Source: Candidatus Poseidoniales archaeon
Lineage (GTDB): Archaea > Thermoplasmatota > Poseidoniia > Poseidoniales > Thalassarchaeaceae
Assembly: GCA_012959435.1 (NCBI GenBank)
Contig: DUDF01000145.1
Span: 1 to 63,912 of the forward strand
DNA: 63,912 nucleotides
Direction of reading: 5' to 3'
Part shown: one piece after another, positions 8,698 to 17,828 of the stretch
Layout: each line of letters opens with the position of its first letter
How positions within the stretch are numbered: position 1 is the first letter of the stretch
Notes under the pieces: generated by a model
Seen by the model: only the letters and a program-made list of their open reading frames with translations
The model's database searches: none
What the model was told of the DNA's origin: nothing
Position numbers and translations under genes: made by a program

Positions 8698-9630
8698 ATG
8701 CGATTCGGGCATGGCCGACGGAACATGGCAGATGGCGACCAGGGTGAGGAGTTGCCCGGCTTGGGCTCAATGATGACACCACTATTGCTTCTAGTGGTCA
8801 TGTCAGTACTAATCATTAACCCCTCAATCAGAACATATCTTGCAAATGGTGCTGATACGATTCTAACACCCATGATCCCATTTTCTGACCGCTGGTTTGT
8901 GATAACTGTAGCCTTACTAGGGTCATCGATTATGATTGTAAACACTGTATTTCGTTCCTTTTTTATGGACCCAATGAAGCAAGCGCACCTTGCACATCGT
9001 AACAAACAAATTCGTAAGTTGTTAAATGAAGCTAGAATTGACCGAGATAAGGTTAGAATGGATAAAATTCAGAAACTTCAACAAAGATTGATGCCAGAAC
9101 AAATGAAATTACAAAATTCAATGATGAAACCCATGATGTTCACATTTGTATTCATCATCGCCATCTTTTCCTGGATGGCATTGAATGTGGAGGCATTTAG
9201 AGTTGATTACGTCAGTTTGCCATGGCGTGCAGAATGGAATTTAATGGATGATAAAGTCATTATATTCCCTGCTTGGATAGCGACTTACATCACAACTTCA
9301 GCACCGCTAGGGAGGGTTGTGGATAGACACATCAAATTACTACGATATCGAAAACACCCCATCGTACTCAGTGGCGAGACTTTACCTGAACCTCTGCTCA
9401 AAGAATTAGAGGATGCAAGTAATTCCGCCACCTCAAAAAAGCAAAAGAGAAGCAGAGATGGACCACGGAAAAAAGCCGGAATTGAGTCAAAAAGCACTGA
9501 TAAGACTCAATCATCTATTGCCGCACCTATGGCCGGCTCTGTTTGTCCAGACTGCGACTCCATTGAAGTTGAGAGAGCCCCCGATGGGCGTTTACGATGT
9601 GTGATTTGTAGAAATGTTTGGAGGCGATGA
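8698..9630 (+). CDS. DUF106 / archaeal YidC-Oxa1-like membrane insertase homologue with a C-terminal zinc ribbon
   Basis: TM segments flank a basic coiled-coil (KQAHLAHRNKQIRKLLNEARIDRDKVRMDKIQKLQQRLMPEQMKLQNSMMKPMMFTF), as in DUF106/EMC3-type proteins. C-terminal CPDCDSIEVERAPDGRLRCVICRNVW. Start uncertain (8674, 8698 or 8725). Confidence 0.65.
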   Translation: MRFGHGRRNMADGDQGEELPGLGSMMTPLLLLVVMSVLIINPSIRTYLANGADTILTPMIPFSDRWFVITVALLGSSIMIVNTVFRSFFMDPMKQAHLAHRNKQIRKLLNEARIDRDKVRMDKIQKLQQRLMPEQMKLQNSMMKPMMFTFVFIIAIFSWMALNVEAFRVDYVSLPWRAEWNLMDDKVIIFPAWIATYITTSAPLGRVVDRHIKLLRYRKHPIVLSGETLPEPLLKELEDASNSATSKKQKRSRDGPRKKAGIESKSTDKTQSSIAAPMAGSVCPDCDSIEVERAPDGRLRCVICRNVWRR

Positions 9631-10177
9631 TGTGGTTCACCTGACGGTGAGTGGGCACCCAGGAAGTGGGACCAGCACTTTGGTTGCAAAACTTTGTGAA
9701 CACAGAGGCTGGTCATACCTCAACGGAGGCGCTGTATTCCGCGCTATTTCCGAGGAAAGAGGGATTTCCTTGGAAGAATTTTCAGCCCTTTGTGATTCTG
9801 AACCTGAGGTTGATAAATCACTAGATGAAAGACTCATATCTGCAATGATGGATGAAAAAGGCCCAGAGATTGTTGAATCTAGACTGAGTGGGTGGTGGGC
9901 CTATCAAGGGAATATTGATTGCCTAAGACTTTGGATTTCTGTGACCCCCGAAGAGAGGGCAAAAAGAGTTGTGAAGAGAGAAGGCGGAAACCACAAAGAC
10001 GCACTGGCAAGGATTCATAGTAGAATGGAAACTGATCAGATCAGATATCATAATCTTTATCAAATTTCATTAGACAATCAAACACCCTACAATCTCATTA
10101 TCAATTCAGATACTCTAACAGCCGATGAAGTGGCTAATCTTGTTGAGACTGAACTTGTGAAAAGAGGAGTTGAATAA
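9614..10177 (+). CDS. cmk: Cytidylate kinase (archaeal type)
   Basis: P-loop SGHPGSGTSTLVAKL. GGAVFRAISEERGISLEEFSALCDSEPEVDKSLDERL resembles archaeal CMP kinases. 187 aa. Confidence 0.85.
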   Translation: MFGGDDVVHLTVSGHPGSGTSTLVAKLCEHRGWSYLNGGAVFRAISEERGISLEEFSALCDSEPEVDKSLDERLISAMMDEKGPEIVESRLSGWWAYQGNIDCLRLWISVTPEERAKRVVKREGGNHKDALARIHSRMETDQIRYHNLYQISLDNQTPYNLIINSDTLTADEVANLVETELVKRGVE

Positions 10178-10179
10178 TT

Positions 10180-11139
10180 ATGCAAAAAATGACAATCATT
10201 GACTCAGAAGCTACTACTGACTCAAAGTATGGGTGCCCGCCAGAGCGACGAACTGTAGATGAACTATTGACTAGTGGTTGGGTTCTTTTGGATAAACCAG
10301 CAGGGCCCAGTAGTCACCAACTAGCAGCATGGGTTCGAGATATGTTAGGGCTAGAAAAATTAGGCCATGGGGGCACTCTAGACCCGTTTGCCACTGGTGG
10401 GCTAGTCCTTCTTTCAGGTAACGCAACCCGTTTAACTGGCCGTATACTAAAGGGTGACAAGACGTATATTTGTATTTTCAAACTCCCTAAAGGAATAAGT
10501 GATGACGAACTTGGAAATGCTATTGCATCCTTAACTGGACGTATCCACAATGTTCCGCCAAAAGAATCCGCAGTGAAGGTTCAAGTGAGGCAGAGAACAA
10601 TTTCTACATTTGATTTGATTGAACGAGATGAACGAATCATTCTCACCTCAATTCATTGTGAAGCCGGAACCTATGTTCGAACAATTAGCCGTGATATGGG
10701 CCTATTACTTAGTGGTGAAGTGGAACTACTCGAATTAAGGCGGAGTAAAAGTGGTTCATTTTCGGAAGATGATGCAGTTAGTATGCACCAGTTGACTGAT
10801 GCTATTCACCTATGGAAGGAACATGACCAAACATCAGGGATGAAGAAAATTCTGCTCCCAGTTGAATCACTTCTATCAGGGATTCCAAAAATCACTCTAA
10901 AAGACGGGGCTGTTGCTGCAGTTGCACATGGCGCACCTCTAGCTTCAGTAGGAGTTGTTGGGCTGCATACAGACTTACAGAGGGGGGATGAAGTGCTAAT
11001 GGTTTCACTAAAAGGTGAGGCTGTAGCATTGGCTTCAATGACTGTAAACGGTGAAGATGTTGCCAATATGAAAGGGGGCGAAGTCGCTAGACCAAACCTA
11101 GTATTGATGGCTACGGATGTGTATCCAAAACGCTGGTAA
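10180..11139 (+). CDS. cbf5: tRNA/rRNA pseudouridine synthase Cbf5 (TruB family with PUA domain)
   Basis: Catalytic motif GHGGTLDPFATG and a C-terminal PUA-like region (KITLKDGAVAAVAHGAPL). 319 aa. Confidence 0.9.
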   Translation: MQKMTIIDSEATTDSKYGCPPERRTVDELLTSGWVLLDKPAGPSSHQLAAWVRDMLGLEKLGHGGTLDPFATGGLVLLSGNATRLTGRILKGDKTYICIFKLPKGISDDELGNAIASLTGRIHNVPPKESAVKVQVRQRTISTFDLIERDERIILTSIHCEAGTYVRTISRDMGLLLSGEVELLELRRSKSGSFSEDDAVSMHQLTDAIHLWKEHDQTSGMKKILLPVESLLSGIPKITLKDGAVAAVAHGAPLASVGVVGLHTDLQRGDEVLMVSLKGEAVALASMTVNGEDVANMKGGEVARPNLVLMATDVYPKRW

Positions 11140-11404
11140 CCCAGCAAATTAAGAATGATTCATCAACAAAGGAATTATGTCCGAATCAATTAGATTGATT
11201 AAGACTTCAATTCAAATCATATTCTTCGTATATCCACTCATCAGTTTCAAGGCGAATCTTTAGTTTTCCCATCGCAAATACCCCCGCTTCCGCCCCCTGT
11301 CAGACGCTGCTGACAATGCGAAAGCAATTTTTTCAGTCACGGGCCACCTATAACCATTTTCCGAAAATCAAGGATTATCCGTCTTTAAGCGCACACTATA
11401 TACT

Positions 11405-11442
11405 TGAAATCAAATAATTTGAAAAGCCTGATATTGGCTTTT
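11405..11442 (-). terminator. Hairpin plus T-tract directly after the stop of the 797-aa surface protein gene
   Basis: Minus strand reads aaaagcc-aatatca-ggctttt followed by caaattatttgatttc, immediately downstream of the stop at 11449. Confidence 0.45.
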
Positions 11443-11448
11443 ACCAAC

Positions 11449-13842
11449 TCAACTTTCTCGCCTGATTTTACCTGGCCCCAGTTGTAAAGCAATAATTGCA
11501 CATACAATAACGCTAACAGCTACTATCCAAATTGTACTTGGAGGCAGATTAGCCACCCACCCATCCTGTTGTGCCTCTGTGGTTGCAGAGTTATCTAATG
11601 GTAAGACATTAACAGATGATGAGTACTCATTATTTGTTTCTGAAATTTCAAAAATATCGTGGGTAGGGTCAACATAAACTCTCAAAGATGTGTTTCCTGC
11701 ATCCATAGGCAACTGCCAATAACATGATGCGGATTCTAACCCTTCTGCTGAAATATGGGTTATATTCGCACTTCCAATTAATGTTTGACCGTTAAAACAT
11801 CGGATGCTCACTAAAGATGCAGGACTCAATCCATCGTTACGAACCCATACTTTGATTTCGTTAACTGAACCAACAATCATTTTTTCGGAATCAAACTCAA
11901 CACTCTCTACTAACAAATCAGGGTCAGATGTCGCTAGCACAGTTATTGATTCAGTAAATGTAGTTGTGCCATCGGAAAATGAGATCGAAATATCGAATGT
12001 CCCTGGAGATAGAGGTGCGAAGTTTAGATTACGGTATTGGTCAATGGTGGCCCATGATTTATCCGTAAGAATTGAAACCTGCCCTATTTCAGTGTCAATG
12101 TCCTGAACATTTAGAGTAATTGATACCGATTCCCCAACAGGGACAAGCACCTCTTGAGGTAGAATATCGTATGTAGGTGGGTCGTCAACTGAAGCAACCA
12201 ACACATCAATAGTAGTCGACCACAAATTACCTCTTTCATCTACTACGTTGATATCAACAGGAGCAATCCCTGATTGTTCTGGTTGTTGATTGAAAACCAA
12301 CCTACCATCTTCAACACTGACTTCAACAAGAGAGACATTCTGACTTTGGGCTGTGACAATAAGATTGCTGACTGGAGTAATATCGTCACTACATGTGTTT
12401 CTAAACGATACCACATCACCAATACCATCTTCATTCAGATAAACATCTGCAGGTCTTTCACAGGTAGGATCGTAATCCCATTCAACAACGAATCCTCCTG
12501 AAAGGGTAATATCCTCAATTTGAGCTACAACGGTTTCAGGCACCCCATTTGATGACCAGTAAAACCTCGCCCCAACTCCCACATCCAAGGTTTCACCACT
12601 TACTGGGAGATACCGCCCAATAGGGAAGGAAAGCGAGAACGAACCAACTGTCATCGGTTGGGTCGAAACTAAATTAGTTCCTATCGCGAAACTGAGATAA
12701 CTATACTCAGCCTGTAAACCATCAGTCATCCCAGTAATTTCGCCGTTAATTGAGATTGTCGGGTCATTGAAATCAATTCTTAAACCAGAAATGCAACCAT
12801 CGAAAATGACAATGTCGGCACGAAGATAGTTACCTGCTGAAATTAGAGAGCCATCAGTGATTCCAACTCCTGAACTCCAACTAGCACCATCTGTACTACT
12901 CTGTATTTCAATTGACACACTCGCATTACCAAATAAATGGATTCGACCCCATGTCTGGTCATGTGGCAACTGCAAAGCAGGCGTTATCCAACCACCCGGG
13001 TTTCCACCTGTCACCACCTCAAGCCCACAACTAGTAGTGATGAGATTATTTTGACTACCTGATGACAAATCAATATCTTCGAATGGTGACATTGCTAAAA
13101 GTTCGGAATACACCGCCTTCCCAGAATCGAGTCCTGACCATTGTGTCTGATGCAAAACCTTGATTCCAATTGCATCAACTCTTACTTCGCTGTCATCAAT
13201 CCCGCCAACCGAAACATAATCAACAGTGACAAGTAAATTCTCTAACTGATTCCAAGTCCAGTTTGTGACTCCATCAAGAGACAACTCTAGCGGATTTCCT
13301 TGCATATTGTCAATCGCTGATGGCGTGTGAGCAAAATTCGTTAACAACTCTATGTTTCCATCCCACTCAATTTCAATTCGGACTTGATCATCCTGAAGTG
13401 TCTCAGGTATTGCAAACGCAACCATCAATGTTGCATTCAGTAGAGGGTCATTTGACAAAGCCGTCATATCAAAATTTGTAAGTTCTATTTCTGGCCCCTT
13501 ACTCCAACTATAACCGCCATCAGGGATGCCCAAAGAAAGATTACTGCTTGTCGGAGAATATAACGCCCAACTTGTATCCTCAACAACATTTTGAGGCCTT
13601 TCGTGAGTAAATGATAGGTGACTATCAGTTATCATCGTCTCAGTCCAGTGTGCTTGCTCACCAGGAGTAAATCCATATTGTGTAGTAAGAGCCCATTCAC
13701 TAGAATTATCAAAAGTCCCGGACGGGAAAATATCAACAACTTCTGAACGTATTACGACATCTCCAGCCACAGGAGTAGATATGCTAACAAGCATCAAGAG
13801 AACCAATATGCCGGCTACACATCCATTCGTACGCTGTTCCAT
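11449..13842 (-). CDS. Large secreted, C-terminally membrane-anchored surface protein (CARDB-like domain near the C-terminus)
   Basis: Signal peptide MEQRTNGCVAGILVLLMLVSISTPVAG. Repetitive beta-rich body. ...FEISETNNEYSS (CARDB-like). Terminal TM IWIVAVSVIVCAIIALQL plus basic KIRRES. Confidence 0.8.
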   Translation of the reverse strand: MEQRTNGCVAGILVLLMLVSISTPVAGDVVIRSEVVDIFPSGTFDNSSEWALTTQYGFTPGEQAHWTETMITDSHLSFTHERPQNVVEDTSWALYSPTSSNLSLGIPDGGYSWSKGPEIELTNFDMTALSNDPLLNATLMVAFAIPETLQDDQVRIEIEWDGNIELLTNFAHTPSAIDNMQGNPLELSLDGVTNWTWNQLENLLVTVDYVSVGGIDDSEVRVDAIGIKVLHQTQWSGLDSGKAVYSELLAMSPFEDIDLSSGSQNNLITTSCGLEVVTGGNPGGWITPALQLPHDQTWGRIHLFGNASVSIEIQSSTDGASWSSGVGITDGSLISAGNYLRADIVIFDGCISGLRIDFNDPTISINGEITGMTDGLQAEYSYLSFAIGTNLVSTQPMTVGSFSLSFPIGRYLPVSGETLDVGVGARFYWSSNGVPETVVAQIEDITLSGGFVVEWDYDPTCERPADVYLNEDGIGDVVSFRNTCSDDITPVSNLIVTAQSQNVSLVEVSVEDGRLVFNQQPEQSGIAPVDINVVDERGNLWSTTIDVLVASVDDPPTYDILPQEVLVPVGESVSITLNVQDIDTEIGQVSILTDKSWATIDQYRNLNFAPLSPGTFDISISFSDGTTTFTESITVLATSDPDLLVESVEFDSEKMIVGSVNEIKVWVRNDGLSPASLVSIRCFNGQTLIGSANITHISAEGLESASCYWQLPMDAGNTSLRVYVDPTHDIFEISETNNEYSSSVNVLPLDNSATTEAQQDGWVANLPPSTIWIVAVSVIVCAIIALQLGPGKIRRES

Positions 13843-13936
13843 AGACTGCGCGTGTAGGGGACGCCCTTCAACCCCTCGCTTTCATGACATGGTAGAACGG
13901 TTGATTAGGGGTGGGTATGTGGGCAGGACACCTATT

Positions 13937-14009
13937 GGCTGCGGTGGTCTAGGGGTTAGGACGGTAGGTTGTGGTCCTGCCAGCCCGGGTTCAATTCCCG
14001 GTCGCGGCC
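13937..14009 (+). tRNA. tRNA-His (anticodon GUG) with a genomically encoded G-1
   Basis: G-1 + GCTGCGG...GTAGG-TTGTGGT-CCTGC...CCGGG-TTCAATT-CCCGG-TCGCGGC-C. The U8/A14 register only fits if the extra 5' G pairs with C73. Confidence 0.9.
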
Positions 14010-14097
14010 CTCACTCTCATTAATTAGCAATATATCTAGACAAATGTCAATCGGTGTAGCGGTAATGCGGCGTAGTTAACAATGTGAAAATGACACC

Positions 14098-14739
14098 TTA
14101 CTTTTTGTCATTTATTGATTCGAGATCTATCGAGTGACCCATTCTCTGAACCTTAGTTGAAAGATATTCAATATTATCTGCCCCCACACCAACAACTAGA
14201 GGTATTTGCTCAATTACTTCTATACCTAGATTATTCATCTGTTGAACTTTGTCAGGATTATTTGTCAAAAGGCTGACACCGGTGATGTTTAATGCCTTCA
14301 GAATCTCAGCCGCAATTCTATAATCCCGCGCATCAGCAGGATGCCCGAGCATGATATTTGCATCTAGGGTATCAACTCCTTCATCCTGAAGATGATAGGC
14401 TTTTATTTTCTCACGCAGACCAATCCCTCGGCCTTCTTGGCGCAAATAAACAACGCATCCCCAACCTGCTTCATGTATCAGCTCCATTGCTGATTTCAAT
14501 TGTGGACCACAATCACACCTCAGACTTCCAAATGCATCTCCTGTCAAACACTCTGAATGAATACGCACAAGCACTGGGTCAGGTCCAATCATATCACCAA
14601 GAGTTAATGCAACATGATCTAATTTAGTTGATTGCTCATGAAAAACACGGATTCTAAAGTTTCCAAATTCAGTTGGTAAACTAGCATCAGCTGGAATATC
14701 CTTAGCCTCATGAATTGAAACCTCGTTATTTGAACCCAT
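14098..14739 (-). CDS. ribA: GTP cyclohydrolase II
   Basis: Zn-binding motif HSECLTGDAFGSLRCDCGPQL, plus YLRQEGRGIGL. 213 aa. Confidence 0.9.
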   Translation of the reverse strand: MGSNNEVSIHEAKDIPADASLPTEFGNFRIRVFHEQSTKLDHVALTLGDMIGPDPVLVRIHSECLTGDAFGSLRCDCGPQLKSAMELIHEAGWGCVVYLRQEGRGIGLREKIKAYHLQDEGVDTLDANIMLGHPADARDYRIAAEILKALNITGVSLLTNNPDKVQQMNNLGIEVIEQIPLVVGVGADNIEYLSTKVQRMGHSIDLESINDKK

Positions 14740-14748
14740 ATTCTCAAC

Positions 14749-15051
14749 TCACTGTTTCTCAATAATGAATGTAATTTCGCCAGCATCTTCTACGAGAGAA
14801 AGCAGTCTGGCTCCAATCCTGTCTAGTAACAATGGAATATCATGCTTTGTCTCAGCATCATCAGCAATTACTTCAAGAGTTGTACCTTTCTCCATTCCAA
14901 CTAGAGCTTTTCTAGTCTCGTGAACTGGCACAGGGCAATGATATCCCAGCAAGTTTAGGGTTAGCATCGATGGTTCCTCGGACACTTCGAGGATACTACC
15001 TCTTTTCAACCCATTCAGAGACATTGTTTTGATAGGGAGGTGGCTCATCAA
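14749..15051 (-). CDS. TusA-like sulfurtransferase
   Basis: LNLLGYHCPVPVHETRKAL carries the CPxP active-site motif, followed by GTTLEVIADDAETKHDIPLL. The start may be an internal Met. Confidence 0.7.
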   Translation of the reverse strand: MMSHLPIKTMSLNGLKRGSILEVSEEPSMLTLNLLGYHCPVPVHETRKALVGMEKGTTLEVIADDAETKHDIPLLLDRIGARLLSLVEDAGEITFIIEKQ

Positions 15052-15993
15052 GCATACATGGAACGGCCAGAGGATGATGTCTCGTGGTCAGAAATCGGTG
15101 ACAGATTGAAAATAATTGGTATCGTTGTTGGTCTATTAGTGGTGGCTGAACTATTCTATCGATGGATAACTTATCCCAATGATAGTTTTGCAATTTATCA
15201 AGAAGCGATAACATGGGCATGGTACCACACCCACTCACTGATATTTGGTGCAGAAAGCGTTTCTTATGTCACTACAGATGGTCCTGCTACAATCCTTCAG
15301 TTCACTCATGCATCATTCATTGGCAGCAGTATGGACCCGTTGGAAGTAACTGATGAATGTGCAGGCATACATGAGATTGCTTTTGTTTCATTCATGATTT
15401 GGATGACTCCAGGGGTTTCAAAACGCTTGAAATTACGGGGTATATTTGTCATGGCTGGGGTTCTCAGTTTGTTAAACTTAGTTCGCCTTGTGGTCCTATA
15501 TCCTTTGGCAGTGAGCGGATGTGTGGAGAACCCAGGGGAATACGGTTGTTGGGCACCAATGTGGGAATTCCATCAATTCATGCTTGAAATTGGATTTCTG
15601 TTAGTAATTGTTCTAGGGTGGACTGGTTGGTACTTGGCAGTAGGTGGCCCTGCTAAAACAAAACAAATGGGTGACCTAAATATGCGATTCTCATTACCAA
15701 CTCATATTTCACAACGACAGCCATTACCACAGTTATCTGTAGTAGTTCTATTGCTAGCAGGGATTTTAGCAACTTCTTCTGTTTACACCCTCGGGTTTGA
15801 TGATGAAGCCGAACAGCAACGGATTGAGGCTGAAGGTTGTGAAGATATTATCAGCGCTTATTGTAGTGAAGAAACAAAACAATGGGATACTATATCTGGG
15901 AAAGCTTGGAGATATTTGTTGGTCAGCGGAATTGCAACATCATTCGCAGCACTCAAATTACATTGGAGAAATGAATCCGAAGAAGAGGAATAA
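15040..15993 (+). CDS. Exosortase/archaeosortase-family polytopic membrane protein (candidate)
   Basis: Multi-TM protein with candidate Cys-Arg-His triad context: VTDECAGIHEIAF, LLNLVRLVVLYP, MWEFHQFMLEIGF. Family assignment rests on motif resemblance only. Confidence 0.55.
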   Translation: MAHQAYMERPEDDVSWSEIGDRLKIIGIVVGLLVVAELFYRWITYPNDSFAIYQEAITWAWYHTHSLIFGAESVSYVTTDGPATILQFTHASFIGSSMDPLEVTDECAGIHEIAFVSFMIWMTPGVSKRLKLRGIFVMAGVLSLLNLVRLVVLYPLAVSGCVENPGEYGCWAPMWEFHQFMLEIGFLLVIVLGWTGWYLAVGGPAKTKQMGDLNMRFSLPTHISQRQPLPQLSVVVLLLAGILATSSVYTLGFDDEAEQQRIEAEGCEDIISAYCSEETKQWDTISGKAWRYLLVSGIATSFAALKLHWRNESEEEE

Positions 15994-16018
15994 TACCTAA
16001 TTAGTTGAAAAATCAACT

Positions 16019-17455
16019 CTATCGGCTTATTTCAAGATTTACTGAATTGCCGTTCCAATCTCGGTTTGCCATTACTTTTATCACAGATTCAACTTTATCA
16101 AGATGAATCTCAACCTCACTTGAATCACCTTCAATAGAAACCTCGCCGATTGCGAGTTGGTCAAGTTTTGCTTCATTCGAAAACCAATTTGTCAAAGTAT
16201 GATTTGTAGCACCCTGGTGCTTGCCAACAGAAACTTTCACTGGAACCATTCCAAAATTATTGGCTACTTCACCCCAATCTTGTTGCTTCCGCACTGGGTC
16301 TCTGTCAACACCCTTCGGTAATGCAGGTGGTTCTGATTCGGGAATAGATAAATTCCATGTCGCAGATATTTTCTGTAATTGACCCTTATCTTCGCCGGTA
16401 ACGAATGACCACGCAGTACCTTTACGGCCCATTCTACCAGTCCTTCCGATTCTGTGAACATAACTTTCAACATCAATTGGAAGATCATAATTTACTACTA
16501 TTGTAACCCCATCAACATCGATTCCACGTGCCGCAACATCTGTACAAATGAGAATCTTCTCGATACCATCTTTGAAGGAATCAATAATCCTTCCACGCTT
16601 GTTTTGCGGCATGTCACCGTGTAGGCCAATTGCATTGAATCGAATTTTGTTCAATCGCTGAGTTAACAAATCTACCATCCTCTTGGTATTTGAGAAAATC
16701 ATCATCTGGTCATCATCATCCATATTCGCAAGGATTCTCCCCAATGCCCACAATTTATTGGCTCGGCCAATTGATATATGCATCTGATCAATTTCAGGGA
16801 TGTCAACTTCCAAATCATCAGACATTACATGCTCCGCATTAGTGATGAAGGTATTTGCTGCCTCCAAAACCTCCTCTGGGAAAGTGGCACTGAAAAGCAT
16901 GGTTTGCTTTCTGTTTTCCATCTTTTCTAGAACCCATAGAATATCAGGGAAGAAACCCATGTCAAGCATGCGGTCTGCCTCATCTAGGCATAGAGTTGAG
17001 ATATTTTCGAGTTTGAGGTGACCTCTTTTACTCATGTCGATTATTCTGCCGGGGGTCCCAACAACAATTTCCACGCCATCATTCAATTTTTTGGCCTGCT
17101 TGTCCACATCAGTACCACCATAAACAGTGATGATCCCTAATCCTTTATCTCCCTGAAGCCATTGTAATTCTTCTGCTACTTGTTGTGCCAATTCCCTAGT
17201 AGGGGTGATTATAATTGCTTGAAGTTCACCATTTGCCTCAGTTGACTCAATAGTAGGAATTCCAAATGCAGCGGTCTTTCCCGAACCGGTTCTAGCTTGA
17301 CCGACCACATCTCGACCGCTACGAGCCAAGGGGATTGCTTCTGCTTGAATTTGAGTAACGTATTCCCAGCCTTTCTTTGAAAGGGCTTCGAGAATTGAAG
17401 GATCCAAGTCCCACGATGAGAACTTTATGTTGGATACTGCTGTTTGCTTAGACAT
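16019..17455 (-). CDS. DEAD-box ATP-dependent RNA helicase with a DbpA-like C-terminal RNA-binding domain
   Basis: Q-motif region, AQARTGSGKTAAF, DEAD (LCLDEADRML), SAT, HRIGRTGRMGRKG. Confidence 0.9.
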   Translation of the reverse strand: MSKQTAVSNIKFSSWDLDPSILEALSKKGWEYVTQIQAEAIPLARSGRDVVGQARTGSGKTAAFGIPTIESTEANGELQAIIITPTRELAQQVAEELQWLQGDKGLGIITVYGGTDVDKQAKKLNDGVEIVVGTPGRIIDMSKRGHLKLENISTLCLDEADRMLDMGFFPDILWVLEKMENRKQTMLFSATFPEEVLEAANTFITNAEHVMSDDLEVDIPEIDQMHISIGRANKLWALGRILANMDDDDQMMIFSNTKRMVDLLTQRLNKIRFNAIGLHGDMPQNKRGRIIDSFKDGIEKILICTDVAARGIDVDGVTIVVNYDLPIDVESYVHRIGRTGRMGRKGTAWSFVTGEDKGQLQKISATWNLSIPESEPPALPKGVDRDPVRKQQDWGEVANNFGMVPVKVSVGKHQGATNHTLTNWFSNEAKLDQLAIGEVSIEGDSSEVEIHLDKVESVIKVMANRDWNGNSVNLEISR

Positions 17456-17472
17456 TTTCTCACCAGTCCAGT

Positions 17473-17760
17473 TCAGTAGGACTCGGCTTCACGAATTTCT
17501 TCTTGTAGTTCGCCCATCCAGTACTTTCGACAGTACTCCTTTGTGAAGAAACGATTTTCATCCATGTGTACACCGCCACCTTCCTTACGTTCTTGACGAC
17601 GGCCATTAACTGATTTGATGTCAGGAATCTTTTGACGGACATGTTCTCGCATATATTGGCGGAACTTTGCTGCCTTCACAGGGTTGTCCCCTTTGACACT
17701 ACGACCGTTCCATAAACGCTCAAACTGCTCGGCCTTCCAATCGCCTGATTTTGCACTCAT
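17473..17760 (-). CDS. Small basic hypothetical protein (95 aa)
   Basis: ORF with internal ATG at 17760 (MSAKSGDWKAEQFERLW...). The longer tracked ORF would overlap the upstream gene. No family recognised. Confidence 0.4.
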   Translation of the reverse strand: MSAKSGDWKAEQFERLWNGRSVKGDNPVKAAKFRQYMREHVRQKIPDIKSVNGRRQERKEGGGVHMDENRFFTKEYCRKYWMGELQEEIREAESY

Positions 17761-17828
17761 ATAATCACTCAGCGAGCCGCCCACCTTACGCCCCTCTTTA
17801 ATAATGACGCAAAGAGAGATTTGCTGAT

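Noticed and set aside
11224-11244. Hammerhead-ribozyme-like string CTGATGAG...CGAA on the minus strand
   Set aside because: No base-paired helix II can form between the CUGAUGA and GAA boxes, and no helix I/III partners or cleavage-site context are present. Chance resemblance.
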